From Lingula anatina (lineage: Eukaryota > Animalia > Brachiopoda), in contig CM120645.1 in NCBI GenBank assembly GCA_051362555.1, positions 12,772,001-12,836,000 of the forward strand: a DNA stretch of 64,000 bases. The letters are read 5' to 3'. The translations under genes were made by a program, and so were the position numbers. The number at the start of each line of letters is the position of its first letter. The stretch's first letter is position 1. Below, piece by piece: positions 41,881 through 55,177 of this stretch. The notes under the pieces are model-generated. The model was not told where the DNA came from, did no database searches, and saw nothing but the letters and a program-made list of their open reading frames with translations.

Positions 41881-41934
41881 ATAAAGCTGATAGGAATAGA
41901 TACTGCACTTTGATCTTAGCCAAAAGGCCAAGAA
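41881..41934 (-). pseudogene. U2: U2 snRNA 5' fragment (truncated pseudogene)
   Basis: Minus strand reads TTCTTGGCCTTTTGGCTAAGATCAAAGTGCAGTATCTATTCCTATCAGCTTTAT, matching U2 nt about 6-59 with about 5 substitutions. No Sm site or 3' stems are present. Confidence 0.9.
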
Positions 41935-44900
41935 TTATAAAACATTTGATAAAAAAAAGAGTTACCTTGATATAGACTTACTGCCATCTGTGTTTCTATG
42001 ACAACGAAAATGGTTCAGTGTAAACTCAAGATTAATCCCAGACCAAGTCAATCTTTCAAAATTTGTTCTTTCGTTTCAAGGAAATAATTGACCACAACGC
42101 CAACGTAAAGGCATCTTTCCTTTCATTGTAGTGATACTGTATCTGCATGCCTTCCACAATCTTTTTCATATTGCACAAGAGCTGACTCACCTGGCCCGTG
42201 CAGAATCAACTGGTTGTGTGTAAACAGGGCGTTGAGTCGAACTGTAAAGGAAGGAATTCAAAGCCTTGTTTTACAAAGAACAGTAAATTAAATGTGTTTG
42301 CAGCTATTGTAACAATGGGGCAAGTTCTTAGAGAAACATTTTGTTAAATCTAATGAGGAAGTGACATTCAATTTATGGCTATTTTGAATGATCTATATTT
42401 TGGCTGAGAAGAACTGGTATTTGCCACGCTTCCCTTGAAAACAACAAATGTTTACACGCTCACTCCTACTAGCTACCTCAAAGGAAGGCGTCAGAAAAGG
42501 TGGAGCTTTCTTAATCAGGCCAGAGTTGATGAATTTTCGTTATAACTTTTACTATTGGATATTTGTACAGTTTACTACATAACCATATTTTAAACTGAGA
42601 AAGTATGTGGCTGTTTTATTTGTGGTTTAACTTTGTAAGATATGTGCTAAAAAAAATGTAACCCTATTCCAAGCTTTGTCTCGTGGGACCTTTACAAAGT
42701 AACACAATTCTCTTTTTGTAGGTTTATATGATTAAGTACAAAGTAAAATAATAATAATAATAATAATAAAGCTCATAATTCATGGCCCTTTACTCATTTC
42801 ATTATTTTACTTTTCTATATTTGAAAGAGGCCCAAAAACAATCTGCTTTATTTTGAAAATAACACTTTGAACATACATTTAGTAAAACAAACATCTCACG
42901 ACTGATGCCTTGGGGAGAAAAATACATAAATGAGGGAGTCTTTATTTTCTTTCTAAGAAAAAATTGGGTTAAGTGAGGAAAAGGTGTGTTGAATATGATG
43001 TATTGACTTGCACAGCTGGTTTCTAACTTCTAATCCATCTTTAAAAATAAAACCTGGCAGACTTTAAGAATCAATCAATGTATTCAAAAGGAGAACAACT
43101 TTTCAGGAAGCACGTAAACATTTGTAATAAATCAAAATATATAAGGTGCCAAATTGTGTCCCCCTGTAAAGTTAAATGGACAAGGCCCAGTTATTTCACA
43201 ACAAGGTGACATGTGCTATAGTGGCATAGATTTACAAATGGAACATAAAATTGCTAATCATGACTTGTCTGGCATCATGCATGCAAACACTATGTACAGC
43301 AGCCTATAATGCATGACTCCCCCCCCCCCCTTTTTCTTTGACCCCTCCGCCAGTTGCACAAGTCTGGCTGGACTACTTTTCACGAAAAATTAGGCCTCTT
43401 CATATTGTTAACTAGCTAAAGGATAACTCCCCCAGGTGGGGGAGGGGGGAGGGGGAGAAGAGGAGGAACCACAATCAGAGTATCAGGTATACATCTCTGA
43501 AAATATGACTGGCATTTTTACCCCATTTTTAAAAGCAGAAAGTTTACAACAAAAAGCCATTTTTAATTCTGATTTATTGCATTTAACTCTCTGCATAATT
43601 TGTTAATCCTGGCACCTGCAACAATTAATTGCAACATGTGGTATCATGACTGTGACAATACCTAAATGATGAGGCTGCAACAAATTCATGGCAAAAGTCG
43701 TGCACCAAAAACCCTTTACAGCACATTTTACAAAACCAGTGAAAAAAAATCAAAACAATGCTTTTTTCTTCAGCAAGGGTGAACTAGTAACTGAGTACAA
43801 CACTTTGGCCCCTTGCCCTCTTATAAAAATCATAATAGAAGTGCACTCCCAAAACCTCAAAACAGACACTTCGACACTACCCCACAACTGGAGTGTTATA
43901 GTTCACCACCTCCGTACTTCAACAAGATGTAACAGAAACCAACTCAGTAATGAGGTTGAAGGAAGCATTTACAATGGATATGATCTTAGTATTGTACGCA
44001 CGGGTCAGAGAGACAAATTGGCAGAAAGGACTTATTAACCTGCCATTTTCAGGACAAAGAATAAAATAAAACCATAGTTTAAAGAACATCTGCATTAAGT
44101 TCTGTCATATGTAAGGTATGGCAGGCATTTTCTCTTTATGATGTAATTATTTCTATTTTCAAAATGAGCTTATCTACAAAAAGATAAAGGATCCACCACC
44201 CCCCTCTCCCATGGAAATGCATGCCCCTTGGCTCGACCAACTTGTATCCTTTCCTTCAAAATACCAGCAATACTTGAAGAGCCTTATGTTACGTATGACT
44301 GACACCCCTGGCTGTGTTGTATGAATGTAAGGTGGTGTGATTACGCTGTTCAAGTGATACCTGAGGCAGTGACGTCCTTCCGTTTTGTTGTATAATAGAT
44401 AGCATGACGCTTCATAACCCCGCGATGACTTCTCAGCAAATTTCTTTTATGTCAAAAGATACAAGTAAAGTGTCGTAAAGTTCATTCAACTTTGTACATA
44501 CTCAATGTTGCTGTGGTGGGTATGCCAATAACACAAAATATTTTTCTACAGCCTTTGCATTTTGAAACCAGGAAACAAAGGTATCAGAAACATTTATCAC
44601 ATATCCCATTTACGTCATTTATGTCATATATGTGTCACACCACACTCTTTTCAAAAAAAAAAAAAAAAAAAAAACGTTTTTCATCAACTCTTTAATAGGC
44701 CAATATACACATCAAAACAGATGGTAAAAATGTAAGTTTTCATTACAGCCAATTATGACTTTGAGCAACTTAAAAACTTCCAAAACACTTTGACAACACT
44801 TTTTCATTAAAAATGCAGACGTAAAAAGGGCACTCTTTTAAAACTTTAGTGTGTGTGGTTAATACGATGATGATACTTCAAAGTATTAAGAGAAAAGAAT

Positions 44901-46022
44901 ATGTAAATAAAACTTCAAATGTGATTTATGACAACATTCTAAAGCTGGGACCATGAGAACCACCACATAACTCACAGTTAACCCAATAAGTCTATCCAGT
45001 TACTAAATTCAATCACTGTGCAAAAATCTCTGGTCAACGTTATAATCCATCATATACTTTTTGCAATCTCCACCTTTATCCTAGTTTCTCCTTTAAAACC
45101 AATAAAAACAATGATAATAGTTGCCTAAAAAGTAACTTCTAAGTGGTAAAACTTAAAGGACCAAGAAGAGAGCCTTGCTTTCAAAAACAATCAGAATCCC
45201 AATGAAAAGCAGAATGTCATAGGAGTTACAGACATTTCCTCTCTGAAAACTACACATTTTTTAAAAATGAAATTCAATACCAAGGTTAATACTTCCTTGA
45301 ACAGTGATGACCATCAAGATCAGATAAGAAAGAATTATCACAAAAAGAGGCAACCGACAGTCATCTTTCATCATGAAATGTGGAAATAACTTACAACAAT
45401 GGTAAAAATAATGCTCTAATACTATCACAAGCTGATATAAAAAAAGTCAAATTGCATATTATCATATCACTCCATCAAAGACATGAAATGAGAATAAGTC
45501 AAAATTACCAGCTGTTAGGAAGTGGTTTGTGGTCACAGCAGGGTCACCGACAGTGGTCAGCAGAACTGACCACATGAAGCTTATTAAGAAAGGTGACCAA
45601 CTTTAATGATCAAATGTGGGTGGACAGATCTGTATTACTTGTAAGCACTACACTGTAGTTAGTATATTACAGATCATAAATACACCTGTCATAGTATGCT
45701 TCCTGATTTGTATGTAATAATCAGCATACCTAATTTCAGTAGAGTTGTATTTTGTTTCCACAACACCACTTCCTGGTAAATGACATGATGACATTGTGGT
45801 AGAGTGATTTCTAAATTACATTTACTAGTACACTGCATGTTACAACTTAGGGTGAGCACTAAAACATTTCCACCCTGGCCAAGGGGGGGGGGGGGGGGGG
45901 GGGGGGGTAGAATGAACCTGAAAAGGCCCACTCTGAAATTTGATTTTAGTTTCTACTGGTATGTCATTTTTCAAGTTGGGTCAACTGGGGGGAAGGGGGG
46001 TAAAAAGGTGCACATTTATGTC

Positions 46023-46054
<32 letters not shown>

Positions 46055-46812
46055 CAAAAGGGGGAGCTCTGTGCATGAAGACATTTTATTATCATTGTGC
46101 ACATATTTGAAGTTTTCCATTTGTACTGCAAACATAAAGACATAATTTTAGATTTTCTATCTTTAAAAGTGTAATAGTTTTGAGGTGGGGTGGCAATTCA
46201 AGAAACCTAATAGCCCAGATCAGCAGGGTAAGTGTAAATGTTTTGTTTACAATCATTTTTTTCTGTATCTTTTGCATTGGCCATACTTCCACGAAAACAT
46301 GAAGGACAGCTGTGCAACTGGTCAGTTATTTTGCTACAGTCCAACATTGGTGTCTCTAAAAAGCTAATTTTGTCTTCATAACACAAGGCTTTGTGACTCA
46401 CATCTGTATGTGTAATGTAATCTGCCACCTGTTGTTTATCTGGAAATTGTTTTATCAGTTCTTTTGTTGATATTTGTATATTACGTTTCTGAGCAATGGT
46501 TACGACTGTATTTTTCCTGTTTCCAGGTCTTTAACATAGAGTAAGCCAAAAATAAAATAAAAAAATGTATCAAATAAATAAATCGCAAGAGGTTTTTAAA
46601 AACTCATTTCATTTACTACTTTTTATAATATTGAAATCTTGTAATCTTGATCTTAACTATAAAGCATGTGAAATTCCAATACACATTGTGCTATAACTTC
46701 TTGTCAAGAACGAACTCTTGATTTGTTCACAAGCAGCATCAATGGCCTTTCTCCTTTAGTAAACTATGGACAATCTGAACCACTGGATCAACCTCTTCCT
46801 GGGAGTTTTGTT

Positions 46813-46912
46813 TCAACATTGTCCATAACAGATTCTCCATATCAAGGGTGGTCCCCAGGGGTCAACTTTGTCCATAACAGGTCCTCCATATTAAGGGTGG
46901 TCCCCCTGGGGT
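46813..46912. repeat. 49-bp tandem duplication
   Basis: TCAACWTTGTCCATAACAGRTYCTCCATATYAAGGGTGGTCCCC at 46813 and 46862. Confidence 0.9.
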
Positions 46913-48666
46913 ATGCTCCCATCTTGCATTGTAGTAACCAGCTATGAATCTCCTTCTCTCATCATAAAAACCTAAATTTGAAAATGATCATATTAAAAAT
47001 ATGATGTATACTCTTTTAATCCTCTCATTACAAAAAAATAAAAATAAAATAAAATAAATAAATAAAATAAAATAACAAAAAAAAAAAAAAAATACTGAAA
47101 ATATCCTTGTCAAATGACTAATCCTCAGATGAACTAAGAATGCTCTCCAGAGATTTGATAATTACCAGGCTCGAAACTTGGCAAAAGCCTATTTCACCAT
47201 GATAAATAAACTCTTTTACTTTCATAAAAAAAGAGGAAAACAAAGGCAAAAGGTGGTGTTCCAACTTTCAAAATCCTGCCTGTAATTTGATGATGGCTGT
47301 AGGAAAAAAAAGCAGTCAAAATTGTTTGAAAATACTCACGCGTTCTGCAAACTCGGGCACCAGTTGTGTTGTTCAAACGATAGTAACATGTCTGGCCTGA
47401 TCTTTCTTCTCTGAGAAATCTGAAAATACCCACAATACTACAACCATTGTAAGTCTACTTATTGGATCATATTTATCAATGGAATGGATTGAATAATCTT
47501 GTGTATTAATGAAGACATAATTGTAATCCAGTTATTTATTTATTTATTTATTTACCAGTGGGAATCATGTGATATCATATGTGACATTATACAAGACAAG
47601 AAAATGTTCAATAACCTGCTTGAAGTGGGGATTACTTTTGAGCAGTACAGGCTGCAATGATATGCACCAGGAATAGTTGCTTTGAAAGCAATACATAAAT
47701 AACATGCAATACACGAAGAATTTGTACTCTTAATTGTGCAATAAACTATAGTGCAACAGACATTAGGAGAAAATAGTTTTAAAAAAACATCATTCTGTGG
47801 ATAAATTGTGTCACCTCACTTGGCAAATATCTAAAAATACACCACTGATGAAAATGCATTCCATATAATTTTTGAGTTCATACAGCAAACTATAACATAC
47901 TTTTTAAAGATTAAAAAAAATGCATCACATATTTTTGGACTCAACTAAGTTAGTTGTAAATATGTAACAATTTTCACCTCACTTTATTAAATCATCACAA
48001 TTAAGCAAATGACAACTTAAAATATTCCAACACGAGTCTCCTACGTGACAAAAATTAGGATGCATGTACTTTCACATGCAAGAACACGAAACAATACATA
48101 TATTCCATACATGTATATATGACCATCATGGGAATTTTCCCCCAGCAATCCACGGCTGTAAACACTGAGACTGCAAGGGGTAGCCGATTGTTTACGCTAA
48201 CGGTCTATCACCCCATACATTCCCTCCAATCACCTGATTTTCCTGATACTCTCCAGGTCCTCAAGACACACACACTCTTACACACACACACGAACACATG
48301 TTACCTCTCTAACACACTTTTCTTAAAACAAAACAAAACAAAAAACAATGCAAAGAGAAGGAAGTGTTTAATTTCCTAGGGATCCACTGTAAAATTTTCG
48401 TTGCTGCATGCTTTAAAGCTGCTGTGTGTGTTGAGGGGCTGATTATCTAAATGAGCACAAAAGCACGCAACATGCACGTGGACACACACATGAAGCATGC
48501 AGTAACGAAAATGCAGAACCACAAAACACAGGCAAACAAGTAAGCTCTAAACATAGCGTTGTGTTCACTGGCTTTTTTCCAAACTTAAATCCTTTCATAT
48601 ATATTTAATCACACAGCTTAACACTACATACAAAAAGAAACCCTATATTATTTTAACTGCAGAAAA

Positions 48667-49011
48667 TTAAAGTGATAATAACTCTTCGTTTCGGCCAAAA
48701 AATGAATTTTCCTGAAGTAAACAACAATTTTCCCATACTTACCACTGGTTAATGAATCCATTTTTACATTCAAAGTTAGTCCCTGGTTTTTTTCTAAAAA
48801 GTTTGGTTTTTTGTTAAAATCTCTTAAGAGATTTTAGCAGAGTATAGCCATCAATGGAGGTCACGTGGTCTAAAGACAAGCTCAGATATCAGAATAATAG
48901 CTATAACTGCCGTTTTTGTGGTAAAACAGAATATATTATATTTCTGTGAGTTATTCACAATGTTTTTATTGTGAAATATAGATCTCATATGAAGAGTTAT
49001 TATCCCTTTAA
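48667..49011. mobile_element. TTAA-target MITE (Kolobok-like), copy 2
   Basis: TTAA|AGTGATAATAAC ... GTTATTATCCCT|TTAA. Shares TGGTTAATGAATCCAT, ACATTCAAAGTTAGTCCCTGG and CTCTTAAGAGATT with copy 1, in the same orientation. Confidence 0.85.
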
Positions 49012-51872
49012 CAAAGGTAGTTTACTAGATATCAGGATTTGATATTTCTAAAACATCATTTTTAGCGAAAATCCTTTTCCAGGCTTTAACTGTGGCAGAG
49101 AGGGGCAACCAGAAAATGTTTCATGAGATATTTTGCAGTGCAAATTGATGTACTAGTACCAAAAATAATGATAATAGAGTTTTAACATACACAAAAGACC
49201 AGGCCCATTCCAAAAACTGAAAAAAAAAAAGTTCTGCGATAACACTTGACAGATATCAATGTCTGATCATACAAAAAAGCAGTGAAGGCCAGAAATAATC
49301 AGATGGCCATGTTATTCAACCCATGACATAAATGTCCATGATGCAATGGCTCTCTTTATGTGAAAAGAAAAAGAGAGAAAGAGAAAGAGAGTTACAGAAA
49401 ACTATGACCTTAATAAATCTGGTCTTATCTAACACAAGTATGGATACTGGTCTTGGGCACAATTACCCCCCCCCCCCCACCCCCCAGCCCCCAAAGTTTC
49501 AGATCTGATGCATGTTATGTGTGCCCACAATGTTGAAACAGGGGTTTAAAAATAAAGAATCTGGCAAGGATTGGTGCTGAAGGGTCAACGGCCTCTTAAT
49601 TAGAACAAACCTAAGTGACATTTTCCAGGCATCACAATATAAAAAAAATCTTTAAAAAATACCCAAGGATTGTAAAGGTTAAGGTGGATGATAGATGACC
49701 AAAACGAGACACAGAAAAGAATTAAAATAACAAATTATCAATCAGAACTCAAAGACTGGAACTATTCATATAATTAATCAAAGAAGTATGACAAAAATCT
49801 TTCAAGTGAAAGTATCGACTCTCAACCGTTGTTTCCCGAATCCTCTAAACCTTTCCTCAAGCATGTCAGCCTTTCGTACACGTAGGCCCGCAATTTCCTT
49901 GAAAACACCCTAAAATAGACATCAGTGACATAACAACTGTACTTCAAGGAATCAGAATCACTGAACAAGCTGTGACTTTTGTCTTAAAGCTGACCACACA
50001 CTGTAACGAGCTTAACAGAGCATGCTTTCATACGTCAATCCTATCCAGAAGCTACTGCAGATCCATAGATTTGATGTCCCCCACAAGAGTCCGCACATGC
50101 AACGTTAACGTCAGAGGAACTACGATCTATCCGAACTTACAGCATGGAAGACTGCAAATACCTTAATTACAAAAGAAGAAAGTGTAAAAAGGCATCTTGA
50201 GGGAGTTACGCAAGCACTGCTGTTTGTTTGCTGGCTGCTCTTCAGGTTGCCTGTGTAACATGCAATGTTCTAATCGACATGATTTTCAACTTTCTGTTAG
50301 GTTTACAGACTCCGAACTTAGTGCTGTTATTCTTTGGGCATCTTTTGACTAAGATGAATTCATCACCACTTAAATGCACTACACTACTTGCCAAAAGCTT
50401 AAAATGAACATTTTTGCTTTTTTAAAAATTTGGTGAAGGACAAAGATTTTTACCCCACTGGACAACCCAACTTTGCAAATGTCATAGAGCCTACTGATTC
50501 AGAGTGTACCGACCTTTTCTGGCCAAAAGGCCACTTCTTTCAAATGTCCTAAAACCTCCCTGCCTATGGGCAACAATTTTTTATTCATAAATGTCTCCAT
50601 TATATATTCACAAATAAAGAAATTAAAATGCAAAATGCAGAAGTCACACAAACATGTCATTTTGTCATTTGTATACATAGAGTCAAATCAGTTTGGACTG
50701 TATTTAACATTAATATTCACTATTTAAATTATTTAATTAAAAAAAATTATAACATATATTTCTCAAAACAACATCCTTTTAATTGATACTGAAGAAGCTG
50801 AACAGAAAGTTCTGAAAAAAATGTGTTACTTAGTGAGTAAGTGACTGTAATAATAATAAACTCTATTGGGGTAAGTAAATTCAATTTCATGTTTAAAACA
50901 CATTCCAAACTTTTTTATTATAATTGCTAAAAAGCAGAGCATCTGTCCCATTTTATCCAGTAAAAAATAATTTTGATTTCAACCTTAATATGAAAAAAAA
51001 TATATATAATTCAAATAGTGGTGAATCTGCAAATGCAGCTCATCTTGGTCAAATTACCAAGTGCTGCCATCTTTTGGCTTAAAAGCATATCAGGTCATTT
51101 CATACATACTGAGATGATGACAAACTCCAGATGTTCATTTTGACAATAACCAAGAATCTATGATACTGAAAGCCCTACAGCTGTACAGCTGGTATAATTA
51201 TAATATCTATAACAGACAGTCCCCCTGTAAACAAGAGGAAGACTCAAAGAAGAGACACAAACTACAACTATCTAATTTCACTGGAACGGACATCCTGCTG
51301 AGACACTTAGTGAAGTCTTTACTCCCATACAAAGATCACAGCACGGTCTCTTTTGAGAAGCTCCACTCTGAAATCAAATGACTAATCGCAGGTCTCATCT
51401 GCTGTCTGTTTTGGTTTTCACAACTTACTTACTCAGTTATTTGGCGAGGATATGTGTCTGCGGAATGACGTGATACTGTCATCGAATTATTGTTGACGAC
51501 CGTACCGATCCATCATCCAATGAAGCCCACGATGAGCAGTCGGAAAATGGTTCTTTTCTCACCCTGACTTAGAGCGATGAGTGGTATTGTTAGATATCAA
51601 TTCAACCACCAATGCAAATAAGCCCAGGTCAGGCAATGTTGCATGATAGGACGCGGGGAAGATCCTTGATCGTGTCGGGTAAACAAGCCTCTTACTCACC
51701 TCCAGCTAGTCGCGGGCTCTCTGACTGTGTTTATCACCACAGGAGCCATTGACACAGGTAACATATGTGACAGAAGCAGGCAGATGGAGCTACATGATAG
51801 GAACACCCAATATCCGACCCTCACTTTGTAGTGGAAAGTCAGACCAATTATCTTCAATTGTCAACTTTTACT

Positions 51873-52036
51873 CAACTTTTGACTCAGAAGTTATACAAGC
51901 TATTTACAATGATTGAAAATCAAGCCATTGAATTAAAGTGTTAAGTCAACTTCATCTTTGTCATCAACTTTTACAGACTCAAAGTTATTTAAGCTATTTA
52001 CAAAGACTAAAAACCAAGTCATTAAATAAAAGTGTT
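51873..52036. repeat. Diverged tandem duplication of about 90 bp
   Basis: TCAACTTTT..GACTCA.AAGTTAT..AAGCTATTTACAA.GA....AA.CAAG.CATT.AAT.AAAGTGTTA occurs twice. Confidence 0.8.
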
Positions 52037-53986
52037 ATTAGGTAAAATTCATTTTCATAAGACTTAGTGCTATTCCTCTCAATCCTACCTATGCAATTTT
52101 TCACAAAAATGATACCACAAAATTTAATGCCTTTCAATCTATATAATTGAGTGTCCAAATTCCAGCATCACTTTCTGAAGTACTCATTGAAACAGGCTCC
52201 TTATTTTGCCAGCTTCATTCATTTGCTACTTTTTCCTTAAACTAACCCCACAAACATAGGTCTGTGTAGCTCCGGCCACAATGTCAATGACAAGTTAAAG
52301 ATAAGAACTGAAGACCAAAAGTTGGATTTATTTTCCAAAATTTTTGTCTACTTCCCTAGTTTAATAATAAAAAAAAACTAAAATTATTACCATTTCTGTA
52401 TTTTTTATCAAAATGATCACAATATTTCATTTTACTGAACTTTTATTGGTTTTAACTCAGGTCAAAGCAAATTACATAAAAAAATTGTCTAAAATTCACG
52501 TCCAATTTTTGGTCTAAAGGACTTTTATGAAACTGGCCCCTTGTGGCAAAGGTCAGTTCTTGCATGACCAAGATGGTCAGCCATGCTGGAACCGCACCAA
52601 TTTGGGCATTTTGAGAGGCACTTTAATTCAGCCCAAATTGGCAACTCTTAGAGCAAAAGTGCATGTGCATGCAAAAAGTAATTCCAGTACAGAAAAGTTG
52701 TCTTTTTGATGAATGAGTAGTTCACATGTGGACATCCATCCATCACAATAGGAATTACTGGCCTGTTCACAGTTTAAATAGGCACCAACTGACGCCTTAC
52801 ACCAACTTTGGGAAAAAAAGAGAGAAAAAAAGTTTGAAGACTTTTTTTTGGTGAATAATGCTACTATTGAGTAGCAATGAGCATTCCTAATAAGCTCGTG
52901 GGTATACATCAGTGCATTGACTGTCAGACTGGTACCCTTGACTGAGCCTGAACTCCTGCTTACACTGTGGTTTATGTTTAAAGACAAGTTCAAATATAGC
53001 TGTCTCAAGTTTATATTGGCTGTCTCCAAAGAATGACTTCTCACTCTGTAAGTCCAAATCTGCCGGCTTATCGTAAGACACCACTCAAACTTTTTGACAG
53101 TTCACATTCTTAAAAATTATCTTATTTTCTAATAATACAAACATTTTGGCTTTATCTCTCAAAGTCAAACTTTTTTAAAATCATACCTGCTCTTAATAGT
53201 AAAATATAAGTAAAATGAAATATTCCACACAATCATAGGCATTTTCCTAAGGAATATAAGGGTAAATGGCTAGGTCCCATCCCTGCCCCCCCCCCCCCCC
53301 CCACAACAACACATTTCAACCCCCACCATGATGACCCATGGCCACAAGGTTGCATGTGCCAAGCAATCAGCAGCATACACAGATTAAGTTATTTTGTGCT
53401 CAAATATCATGTCAGTGCTGAGAGGAAGACATCACAAGACACGCAAAGCTGACAACCTCCTGACCTTATCACGGAGGCCACCTCGTCGTAAGACACCGCC
53501 ATGATCATTTCACACAGACTACACCACGCTGACACACAGTAACCCTTCCCCTTGAAAAACACACACAAAGACAGTTGAACTACTGAACAGCAGCTCTCCG
53601 CCATCTTCCCCAATTATGATATTAAACACTTTTCCATAATTATCAAATTATAGAGAAACATTTCTTCCAGATGTTTTGATAATTTGTTTTTGACATATGT
53701 TCTGACTTGTGACATTAATACTTGGAATGGGTATCAGTTCCGACCAGAAAATTGCCAAAAAGAGAAAAAGCGACCCGGGATCACACCAAATGTCACCTCT
53801 CAATTTTGTAATTATAATACTGTAAACACTTTGGCAGATTTTTTTTTACATTTACATAAACACCCAATTGTATTTTTTGGTCATTTTTTTGTCCAATTTT
53901 CAAAGGGCATCCGGTACTCTTAGATTATATATATATATACAGAATTATACAGTGCACAGCTGCACCAAGACAATAAGGGCGTATTC

Positions 53987-54180
53987 CCAGAGCTTTTAGA
54001 TCGATCTATCCCTACGGGGAGTCTCACTAGATTACTGTCAGATAATCTGGCTTAAATGCCCCTCCCGCCTACTACAAGCTGTAAGGGGGTAATTAACTTT
54101 CGTGCCTGCTTGGCTAACAGCTATTTAGCGTGAACCCCCAGGGAGTTAGGTCGATCTAGTTTGGATCGATCTAATCTCTG
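53987..54180. mobile_element. Small MITE-like inverted-repeat element
   Basis: CCAGAG..TTAGATCGATC ... GATCGATCTAATCTCTGG. Shares the AGATCGATCT motif with 59130-59347. Confidence 0.6.
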
Positions 54181-54483
54181 GCAATGGGGTCTAAGTGGAG
54201 CTTCTGACAATCTGTTGTTCTCAGTGTACATGTGTTGGCATCTCTGACAAGCAGTGGGTGTTAAAATGCTGTAATAATGCTGCACACTTATTAACATGTA
54301 CCATCTAAAATCAACACTGAATTCCAAAGAACAGATCACTGACAGGAATATACAGATATATGACCATATCCAAAATCATAACAGTACCACTGCAGAACAA
54401 ATCACACATCCTCACAGTCATACCTGAGTGTCATCCCAAGTCACTGTTATCATAGTAAGATGCAAAGGCCGAATTTAAACACA

Positions 54484-54597
54484 TCAGCCATTTTGTATTC
54501 TTTTCTGAGCCTCTTCTTGAACTTCGGTTGGAAACTCACTCAGATTTTTTACAACGCAGTCTATGCAGAACCGTTTAGTGTAAAAAATGCTGCAGCC
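54484..54597 (-). CDS. CDPF1: CDPF1 coding exon 3 (stop)
   Basis: TTTCAG|GCSIFYTKRFCIDCVVKNLSEFPTEVQEEAQKRIQNG*. Not in the ORF track. Confidence 0.93.
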   Translation of the reverse strand, partial: GCSIFYTKRFCIDCVVKNLSEFPTEVQEEAQKRIQNG

Positions 54598-55062
54598 CTG
54601 AAATAATTACACAAGATTAATATATATCACACTGCATTGCAAATTATATGCACAGAAAAAAAAATATAACAAATGAATATGATATATATGAAAAGAAAAT
54701 ATTCATCATTAAATTAAAAATGAATATTAAAATCATGACATGTGTACCCTACAGTTGAAACAATAATATGATGCCTTATTCAGGATCACAGCCATGCCTA
54801 AAATTGTCACTGTATATATATTTGTAATATACAACTATTGATAGTTATAAAACTTGGATGCAATGCCCTATTAAATTCTGCCATTGTCAATTATATTTAC
54901 AAGATAATCAATACAAATCATTCTTCTTAAAGTGTGCTCTGCATCTCACTTAATCCATCAGCATGAGCCAATTAGAAAAAACTACAAAATAAACAATTAA
55001 TATCTGTAGTTTTTATTACATCTATCTGTACCAGTACATAACAAGTGTTTGTCACAGTTCAC

Positions 55063-55177
55063 CTGAGCTATGCACACTGACTTGGAACAGACAGAGCAGT
55101 GACTGCCCAGGATGATAAACTTGCCGCGCCGGTTCTCTGCAAACGGATCCTTCATTATGTACGCGTCCTCTAGCAAT
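55063..55177 (-). CDS. CDPF1: CDPF1 coding exon 2 (DPF motif)
   Basis: LLEDAYIMKDPF...FIILGSHCSVCSKSVC. Donor CAG|GTGAAC. Confidence 0.95.

Noticed and set aside
45318-45376. C/D-box-like ATGATGA...CTGA on the minus strand (also 50242-50366)
   Set aside because: No terminal stem or recognisable rRNA guide. Unsupported without a covariance search.
54484-54486. CDPF1 TGA as selenocysteine or read-through
   Set aside because: The stop falls at the expected C-terminus for the family, and no SECIS is evident.
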